A DNA stretch of 64,000 bases from Verrucomicrobiales bacterium (GTDB taxonomy: Bacteria > Actinomycetota > Acidimicrobiia > Acidimicrobiales > SHLQ01): assembly GCA_047638715.1 (NCBI GenBank), contig JBLIMK010000006.1, positions 2,617 through 66,616 of the forward strand. Reading direction: 5' to 3'. Both the position numbers and the translations under genes were made by a program. This document shows positions 41,197 through 48,335 of the stretch, piece after piece. The notes below the pieces were generated by a model that had not been told where the DNA came from, did no database searches, and saw only the letters and a program-made list of their open reading frames with translations. Numbering within the stretch: the first letter of the stretch is position 1; each line of letters starts with the position of its first letter.

Positions 41197-43980
41197 ATGA
41201 CGGTGTTGTGGTGGTCTAAGCGTGTGAGTTTCGCGTTGTTGCTCGCGCTCGCAGTAATGCTGGTCGCGCACGGACCGGCATCCTCGGAAGAAGCCGACGC
41301 AGCACTCCTCATCGATGGCACCGTGGTTCTTCCCGACGCGTCGCAAGCCAACGTCGATGGAGTGCAATTGTCTGCCGCTCTCAGCGAGCAACTCGCCGTG
41401 AGTGACCATGTTCGATTCGTCGATGTCGATGTCGACGTCGTGCGACGCGAGCTCGAATTTGGCGTCCTCGCCATCCAAGTTGCGCCAGATGCTGCAATTC
41501 AGGTCAAGACCGTATTCGGTGAAGACCTCGTGCAGGGCGCGACAACATGGACAGCCGAAGGCGCTGATGGTTCGGCGCTTGCGCTGGTCACTCGGGGTCG
41601 AGCGCTCACCGGTGAACTACGGCTCGGTGAACGCCAGTGGGGAATCGCACAAGTCGATGGATCGCTGCACGTGGTCTTTGAACACTCGCCAACAGGACAA
41701 GACCCGGCAGCCGAGCGCTTGCAAGAGGACGGACAGCCCACCCTCGTCCTGGCACCGCTCCCCGACGGTGTTGCACGGTTCACAGAGGACATCACCCACG
41801 CAGAGGACATCTTGGCTATTGGAGCGCGGGAACCCGATGCACCCACTGCAGAAGCACTGCCCGGCCAAACTCAGGCAGATGCACCAGCCGTCGCTGCGAT
41901 GGTCGCAACGTCCGTGATCGATGTGATGGTCGTCTACGACAACACGGCGCTCGCCTTACATGGATCGAATGCCGCCATCGAAAACCTGATCATCGCGAAT
42001 ATCGCCTCGTCCAACGCCACGCTCGCCACATCGGGTGTTGCGACCTCAGTCAACCTGGTCCACATAGGACACATCGCCTACACAGGGTCGGGAAGCTCGT
42101 CCAACGATCTCACTCGACTTCGGAACAAATACGACGGCCACATGGACAGCATTCACGTAACCCGCGACGCGGTGGACGCAGACCTTGTGACCCTCGTGAG
42201 CGAACTCATCGACGGGTTCTGCGGTCGGGCAAATCTGCTTCAGGAACTCCCAAACCAAAATACCGACGATGAAGCCTTCGGTGTAGTTGGAGCTGGGTGT
42301 CTCACAAGCAGCACATACATCCACGAGATCGGCCACAACATGGGGGCCGCTCACGACGATGCGAACCTCGGCGGTTTCACCGGGGTGCAACCGCACTCGC
42401 GAGGATGGGTAGACGTAGCCAACAACTTCGTAACCGTGATGTCGTACGCGAACGGCGCAAACGGCTGCTCGGGTTGCACGACCATCAGCCAGTTCTCGAG
42501 CGATACCGAATTGTTCGCTGGGTTCGCCACGGGTGATGCCGACCATGCGAATGCATCGACGCTCAATGCAACGAGCAGTGGTATTGCTGCCTACCGACCG
42601 GACCCCTGTCCGAACCCGATAAACGACGACTACCCAGTTCGCATCGACCTCGGATCCTCGAGTCTCGTGTCCACTCCCGGAACCAACGTGTGCGCCTCGA
42701 TCGAAGACCTCGAGACCTACTTCATCGGTGATGAGCCCGTGGAGTCGGTTTGGTACGAGTGGACTGCACCATTCGCCGGGACGGCCCGATTCAGTACGTG
42801 CGACGCGTCCACCACCTTCGACACCACCATCACAATATTCGACGACCACGAGTTCTTCTCTGCGCTGTCCGTCGTTGCCCACAACGACGATGCTGGAGCG
42901 GCGTGCACCATAGACCCCACCCACAGCGAGGCACTGACGACGGTCACCAATGGCCAGGTCCTTCGCTTCAAAATCGATGGCGATGCGGCGGCGACGGGAA
43001 CGTTCGCGTTGACGGTTACTGTCGACACGACGTGCAACGGCCAAGCGGCGACCGTCTACGTCGACCGTGGAGACGTCGCGACATCGGGCGACGATGTGAT
43101 CATCGGGACTGTGAACGCCGACGCCATTAACGCCCTAGACGGGAACGACATCGTCTGTGGAATGGCAGGCGACGACGTCATCAACTCGGGCCCGGGCGAC
43201 GACCAAGTGTTCGGCGGCGATGGCAACGACACCATCTTCGGTGTAGCCGGCAACGACACCCTCAACGGCGACGCTGGCCAGGACACGTTGTTGGGTTTCG
43301 CCGGCAACGACACCCTCAATGGTGGCGATGACAACGATCTCATCAATGGTGGTCCTGACAATGACGTGCTCGACGGCGGCGCAGGCGACGACAGCATCTT
43401 TGGTCAGGGCGGTAACGACACGATCAGCGGTGGTCCGGGTATGGACCTCATGATTGGTCTCGACGGCATCGACACCATGAACGGTGATGCTGGTGCGGAC
43501 ATCATCAACGGTGGTTCCGGAGACGACTTCTTGAGTGGCGGTGCCGATGGCGACACCATCTTTGGCATCACTGGCAATGACATGATCACTGGCGACGGAG
43601 GTGCTGACTTCCTGTTCGGACAAGTTGGAAACGACACCATCGATGGTGGTGCCGGAGCAGACAACATCTGGGGCAACGAAAACGACGACATCATCACCGA
43701 TCCGTCAGGTGCCAACATCATCAATGGTGGTGCCGGCAATGACAACATCACCGGTGGCGTCGATAACGATCAGATCTTCGGTGACGGCAATGTCGGCCAG
43801 CTCGGTGATGACATCATCGACGGAGGTCTTGGACCCGACCTGTTGCTCGGCTTCGGTGGCGATGACACCATCACTGCCAATGACGGTTTCGCAGACACCG
43901 TGAACGGTGGCCCGACCTTGAACGACACCTGCCTGGTGGATGCGGTCGTCGACACCGTCTTCAACTGCGAGTTGCCCTAA
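41197..43980 (+). CDS. Secreted reprolysin/ADAM-type zinc metalloprotease fused to RTX calcium-binding repeats
   Basis: Signal peptide (MTVLWWSKRVSFALLLALAVMLVAHG). Metzincin motif HEIGHNMGAAHD. A pre-peptidase-C-terminal-like beta domain, then a 315-codon RTX module ending NDTCLVDAVVDTVFNCELP. SD AAGGGTGAGG lies upstream. Confidence 0.9.
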   Translation: MTVLWWSKRVSFALLLALAVMLVAHGPASSEEADAALLIDGTVVLPDASQANVDGVQLSAALSEQLAVSDHVRFVDVDVDVVRRELEFGVLAIQVAPDAAIQVKTVFGEDLVQGATTWTAEGADGSALALVTRGRALTGELRLGERQWGIAQVDGSLHVVFEHSPTGQDPAAERLQEDGQPTLVLAPLPDGVARFTEDITHAEDILAIGAREPDAPTAEALPGQTQADAPAVAAMVATSVIDVMVVYDNTALALHGSNAAIENLIIANIASSNATLATSGVATSVNLVHIGHIAYTGSGSSSNDLTRLRNKYDGHMDSIHVTRDAVDADLVTLVSELIDGFCGRANLLQELPNQNTDDEAFGVVGAGCLTSSTYIHEIGHNMGAAHDDANLGGFTGVQPHSRGWVDVANNFVTVMSYANGANGCSGCTTISQFSSDTELFAGFATGDADHANASTLNATSSGIAAYRPDPCPNPINDDYPVRIDLGSSSLVSTPGTNVCASIEDLETYFIGDEPVESVWYEWTAPFAGTARFSTCDASTTFDTTITIFDDHEFFSALSVVAHNDDAGAACTIDPTHSEALTTVTNGQVLRFKIDGDAAATGTFALTVTVDTTCNGQAATVYVDRGDVATSGDDVIIGTVNADAINALDGNDIVCGMAGDDVINSGPGDDQVFGGDGNDTIFGVAGNDTLNGDAGQDTLLGFAGNDTLNGGDDNDLINGGPDNDVLDGGAGDDSIFGQGGNDTISGGPGMDLMIGLDGIDTMNGDAGADIINGGSGDDFLSGGADGDTIFGITGNDMITGDGGADFLFGQVGNDTIDGGAGADNIWGNENDDIITDPSGANIINGGAGNDNITGGVDNDQIFGDGNVGQLGDDIIDGGLGPDLLLGFGGDDTITANDGFADTVNGGPTLNDTCLVDAVVDTVFNCELP
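43033..43980 (+). repeat. Cys-bracketed RTX module, copy B (inverted with respect to 35903-36862)
   Basis: Runs from TCNGQAATVYV to NCELP. See copy A. Confidence 0.85.
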
Positions 43981-43988
43981 CGCGCTCG

Positions 43989-46034
43989 CTAGCCCTCACA
44001 GGCAATACGGGCTACGACCGACGTACACCTATCGCTTCCAGGTCCGCCCCAGGCAAAGTTGGTGCCCGCGCCGCCGCGCAAGTTGTCGTCACCCTGCCCG
44101 CCGTACAGTTCATCGTTTCCGCCATAGCCGAACAAGCGGTCGCGACGGTCGCCTCCGTAGAGCGTGTCGTTTCCGCCATTCCCGACGAGGCGATCTCCCC
44201 CACGGCCACCACGAAGAAGGTCGTTGCCTCCGCCTCCCTCGACATCGTCGAGACCAGGGCCAGCGAGTACGAGGTCGTCCCCGTCACCGGCGCGCACAAC
44301 ATCGGAACCCCAGCCGGCATTGATGATGTCGGCCCCGGACCCACCATTGATTCGATCTGCGCCGCCACGCCCACAGATGATGTCGTTGCCGCCCAATCCG
44401 TCGATGATGTCCGGACCGCCCGTGCCGACGATGACATCGTCACCGTTCGTACCGATGAGGCCGGTCGTCGTTGCGAGCCGACCCTGGCAGGATTCGGTCG
44501 GCGGCAGTGAGTTCGTTACGAGATAGATGAAGCCGTTGCGTTTGCTCGAAATGTAGAGCTCGCCGTCCGGCCCCTGCCCAAACCGTGCATCGGCTCGCCC
44601 CGACCCGTCGTAGGTCGCTGCATCGTTGAACACATCCTGCAGACTCGTGCGAGGCAACGCAGCGGTAGTGGGATCACCATCGTGGTCGAAGGTGATCGCG
44701 ACTCGACCGGTAGGCGCCTGTGTGAGGTCTCCGGGAGCATCGCGAGCCGGATCGTCTGGATCGAGCAGTGTCACCGCGGCGGCCATCTCCTCGAGCGTCG
44801 AGTGAAAGAGCTTTCCCGTCTTCGGGAAGTCGCTGTAGAAGTACTGCCCGGACAACGCCGAACCATTGTCTACGACGTACCCGCCAGCGATTGCTTGCCC
44901 CGAGAGCCCCGAACCTCGCGTTCCCTCGTGACCGTACTGTGCTGCCGGGTACGTGTAGCCGTTCGCGGCCTCGTCGGCCGGGAGCGGTGCAATCCCGTTG
45001 AGCAGGTCGCCGGTCGGGAGGTGAACAAAGGTTCCTTCACGCTCCGACCAGCCGTAGTTGGCCCCGCCCACGATGACGTTTACTTCTTCGACGTTGTCCC
45101 GTCCCGCCTCCGCAGCGATCAGATGGACCGCACCGCCGTCATCTCGAGCGAACGCCAGGTGATGTGGATTCCGATGGCCGAGCGACCACACCTCATCCAG
45201 CATCACCGGGTCACCGATGAACGGGTTGTCCTCGGGCACCAGATAGGGATCGAGGCCCGACCGCCGCGGATCGATGCGCAGGATCTTGCCGAGCGCGTCG
45301 TTCTTCTGACCACCGCCAGCCGTTGCTGACTGCACGCTTCCATCGCCGTGAGCAACGTACAGGTTCCCGAAGTCATCATCGCCTGGCTCGGCAAATGGAT
45401 TGAAGGCGATCTGCTTGATCGGATGGTCGTATACCGGCATGCCAACGCGAAAAACCTGGCGATAACTCGAAGGATCGATTTGGCCCGTGTTCAGATCCAT
45501 CGTCCACTCGATGAGCACACCGTCGGCGACGATCGGGTTGGCTGCATCGCTCAGATAGTCATCGGGATCCGGGGACGTGGGTCGCCGTTCCATCACCGAT
45601 GTGTACAGCAGGCCGTTCGCCGCGAACCGCGGATGAAACGCGACCGATCGAAGGCCCCCATGGAAGATGCTCGTGTTGTCCAGACGACGTCCGGTTGCAG
45701 CCAACATCGCGATCTTCACATCGAAGAAAACCGATGCGGTTGCGGTGCGCCCAGATTTCGATATCTCGTAGATCTTGCCGTCATAGTCCTCGACGACGAA
45801 GAACCGATCACCAGATGTAGCGAACTGGTTGAGGCGAGGACGACCGAGCGCCGAATTCGGGATCTGTACGTACGGAGATAACTCGACGACGACCCCTCGA
45901 TCGACGATCGGTAGTAAGACCGGGTTGTCCGCCGACGCATGCGTCACCGTCGCGCCGACGAGCGCTACTGACAGACACGCAGCCCCCGCAGCGGAGGCCC
46001 ATCGTTTCGTACGAGGTCTCTTGCTGAGGTCCAT
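43989..46034 (-). CDS. Secreted PQQ-dependent sugar (glucose/sorbosone) dehydrogenase beta-propeller fused to RTX repeats
   Basis: Signal peptide (…LVGATVTHASA). SGDH motifs HGGLRSVAFHP, LGKILRIDP, SLGHRNPHHLAF and GANYGWSEREG. RTX tail entered via CQGRLATTTG…GDDVIVGT…GNDIICG and ending GSDRCTSVVARIACEG. Confidence 0.88.
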   Translation of the reverse strand: MDLSKRPRTKRWASAAGAACLSVALVGATVTHASADNPVLLPIVDRGVVVELSPYVQIPNSALGRPRLNQFATSGDRFFVVEDYDGKIYEISKSGRTATASVFFDVKIAMLAATGRRLDNTSIFHGGLRSVAFHPRFAANGLLYTSVMERRPTSPDPDDYLSDAANPIVADGVLIEWTMDLNTGQIDPSSYRQVFRVGMPVYDHPIKQIAFNPFAEPGDDDFGNLYVAHGDGSVQSATAGGGQKNDALGKILRIDPRRSGLDPYLVPEDNPFIGDPVMLDEVWSLGHRNPHHLAFARDDGGAVHLIAAEAGRDNVEEVNVIVGGANYGWSEREGTFVHLPTGDLLNGIAPLPADEAANGYTYPAAQYGHEGTRGSGLSGQAIAGGYVVDNGSALSGQYFYSDFPKTGKLFHSTLEEMAAAVTLLDPDDPARDAPGDLTQAPTGRVAITFDHDGDPTTAALPRTSLQDVFNDAATYDGSGRADARFGQGPDGELYISSKRNGFIYLVTNSLPPTESCQGRLATTTGLIGTNGDDVIVGTGGPDIIDGLGGNDIICGRGGADRINGGSGADIINAGWGSDVVRAGDGDDLVLAGPGLDDVEGGGGNDLLRGGRGGDRLVGNGGNDTLYGGDRRDRLFGYGGNDELYGGQGDDNLRGGAGTNFAWGGPGSDRCTSVVARIACEG

Positions 46035-46053
46035 CCACTACGACCGTAGCGTG

Positions 46054-48126
46054 TCAAAAACGTCGCTCGCAGCTCACTTTTTGCCCGCCAGCACAGAAAT
46101 CCTTCATCGGCCCGCCATCGAGGCGGTCGATGCCGAGTCCACCACGAATGTGATCGACACCATTGCCGCCGCCGATCTGATCTCGGCCGCTATTCCCGAA
46201 CAACCAATCCCAACCCTCGCCGCCGGTGATGACATCGTTTCCGGCGCCACCGCGGATCCGGTCGGCATCTGGGCCGCCACGAATCTCATCGTTTCCGGCG
46301 CCTGCATAGATCTGGTCGCGACCAGCGCCACCGAGGATGATGTCGTTTCCTTGGAGTCCACAGATGAGGTCGTCGCCAGCGAGGGCGTCGATGAAGTTTG
46401 CCGTCGACGTGCCAATGATGACGTCGTCACCGTTGGTCGGCAGCTGCCCTTTCGCGAAGTCGACCGTCACGGGGATACCAGCGCACGTGCGAGAACCAGG
46501 GCTTGTGTTCGGCGCTGCTGCGAGTGCTGCGAGCAGGCCAGCCTTCGTCTGCTCCTTACACGCCGCGCTTCCCTTCACAATCTGAACACGGCGATCGATG
46601 CCAGGAACAGTGCACGTTGAATACGAACCATCGGGCCACCGGATCTCGACCGGCGCAACTTCTGTGCTTGGACCCAGGCCAACGTGCAACGTACGGCCAT
46701 CTTGAGATCGGTGATATCGGTGTCCGGTCTCGCGGACTTGCCAATCGCTGGCACCGACGAAGAGCTGTGCGCCCATGGCGTCAGGGTTCGAGCCGACGAG
46801 GTCGATCTCGAGCCAGTGATTTCCAGAGCCCTTCTTATTCGTCAAGACGTGATCGACCGCTCGATCGAAGTCGTAGCCGTTGCCGATGATCGCATCCATC
46901 CAGCCATCGGCATTGATGTCGGCAACCACGATGGCGCCAGCGGTTTGCGCTGGCGCTGTTGCTGTTGTAGCCGGCAACACTCCGGTGCCGCCGTCGGAGA
47001 AGTTGCCTTCGCCGTCGTTCAGCAGCAAGACATTTCGGAGCTGACCCTCTTGTCTCTGGGTGCAGCCAGCGAGAATGTCGAGGTCGCCATCGTTGTCGAA
47101 GTCGGCCGCCGCACCTGAGCGGCAATTGTCGAGATCCGCGCTCATGGGAAGCGATACGGTGCGCCCGTTCCCCGCCGCGGTTACTTCATGTGCCGTGACA
47201 GGCCAGTTCCCGGCACTGTTGGACTCGCTTCCATTGAAGACGATGAACTCGGGGTGAAGGTCGCCGTCGAAGTCACCGACGAGCACCTCGCGAATGGGCA
47301 AGGTTTCGTCTCTGCGCTGAATAGCTGGATTCGAGGGTTCGGCCATGGAACCGCCACCGACCGCCATCGAGTCCTTTGCGAGGGTGAACACGTCGTGCGT
47401 CACGATGATGTTGGAAGTGGCTGGCCCGGTCGAGGTCAGCTGGGCGATTCGGACGTGGGCATCGGTAATGATCTGTCCGGGGTCGGGAACCTTGGACCAT
47501 GTGGTTCCGTCGCCGTTGTTGAGGTAGACCTCACTCGGCTTGAGCTGTCGTTCACCTTGTGGCACGGGGTCCGAACGCAGGTCGAGGTTCGTGATGAGCA
47601 CGTCCATGTCGCCATCGTTGTCGTAATCGAAGAACAGCGGCTGCCGGCCGCGGCCGAAGATGTCCTTGAGTGCGCCGGCGTCGACGAACTGAAGCGTGCC
47701 ACCGTCGTTGCGAAACAAACGATTGTTGTTGTTGCGACCCGAGACCTCCAAGAGGTCTTCATCGCCGTCGCCGTCGATGTCGGAGAATGCAACGCCATGG
47801 GTGTCGGGGCCCTGGTCTTCTGGATCGCCAGATTGAAACGCAGTTCTCGTGCTGGTCCCCGAGGAGAGGTCGATGATGGCTTCGGACATGCTGCCGTGGT
47901 TGTTGTTCCACACGTCGACACCCGGACCGCCGAGATCCTCGGTAATGCCCAGACCCCAGGCCGGCGAATCGTTGAACCCGATACCGGACGGAAGGTCGCT
48001 CACCGCGAAACCCTGCCAACCCGCGGCGTCGGCCGAGTCTCCGCTGGTGACGGGGACGGCAATAGCTGCGGCAAACACCGCGATAACCACCCATACCCGA
48101 CCGGCTTTGGTCGTCCTAGTCAACAT
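46054..48126 (-). CDS. Secreted CRTAC1-like protein A (FG-GAP/VCBS repeats + ASPIC/UnbV domain + short RTX tail)
   Basis: Signal peptide. Repeated DxDxDGDxD FG-GAP calcium sites (DIDGDGDEDL, DYDNDGDMDV, DFDNDGDLDI). UnbV_ASPIC-like NHWLEIDLVGSNPDAMGAQLFV…RETGHRYHRSQDGRTLHVGLG. RTX tail ending DGGPMKDFCAGGQKVSCERRF. Confidence 0.85.
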   Translation of the reverse strand: MLTRTTKAGRVWVVIAVFAAAIAVPVTSGDSADAAGWQGFAVSDLPSGIGFNDSPAWGLGITEDLGGPGVDVWNNNHGSMSEAIIDLSSGTSTRTAFQSGDPEDQGPDTHGVAFSDIDGDGDEDLLEVSGRNNNNRLFRNDGGTLQFVDAGALKDIFGRGRQPLFFDYDNDGDMDVLITNLDLRSDPVPQGERQLKPSEVYLNNGDGTTWSKVPDPGQIITDAHVRIAQLTSTGPATSNIIVTHDVFTLAKDSMAVGGGSMAEPSNPAIQRRDETLPIREVLVGDFDGDLHPEFIVFNGSESNSAGNWPVTAHEVTAAGNGRTVSLPMSADLDNCRSGAAADFDNDGDLDILAGCTQRQEGQLRNVLLLNDGEGNFSDGGTGVLPATTATAPAQTAGAIVVADINADGWMDAIIGNGYDFDRAVDHVLTNKKGSGNHWLEIDLVGSNPDAMGAQLFVGASDWQVRETGHRYHRSQDGRTLHVGLGPSTEVAPVEIRWPDGSYSTCTVPGIDRRVQIVKGSAACKEQTKAGLLAALAAAPNTSPGSRTCAGIPVTVDFAKGQLPTNGDDVIIGTSTANFIDALAGDDLICGLQGNDIILGGAGRDQIYAGAGNDEIRGGPDADRIRGGAGNDVITGGEGWDWLFGNSGRDQIGGGNGVDHIRGGLGIDRLDGGPMKDFCAGGQKVSCERRF

Positions 48127-48198
48127 TACAATTCCTCGCCATTCGCGTCAGCGAAGTTCGGGTACGCCTCGAGCTTCGAAACACGCACTGAGCCGAGA

Positions 48199-48206
48199 GT
48201 AGAACG
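48199..48206. promoter_or_regulatory. GTAGAACG box (copy 2 of 3)
   Basis: Located 73 nt upstream of start codon 48126, downstream of the terminator hairpin. Confidence 0.35.
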
Positions 48207-48260
48207 AAACATCACATTTTGTCACTGCCAAATGGCCCAAGTCACCCAAGAAAACAGCAA

Positions 48261-48289
48261 AGCGCCGGCCACAAGACGTGACCGGCGCT
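48261..48289 (-). terminator. Intrinsic terminator of CRTAC1-like gene B
   Basis: 12-bp stem with 1 mismatch, AGCGCCGGCCAC-AAGAC-GTGACCGGCGCT. Followed on the minus strand by TTGCTGTTTTCTT. A second small hairpin CGCCCC-CGCC-GGGGCG lies at 48304-48319. Confidence 0.65.
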
Positions 48290-48335
48290 GCTCACTCACT
48301 TCACGCCCCCGCCGGGGCGAACTACACAAAGTTGG

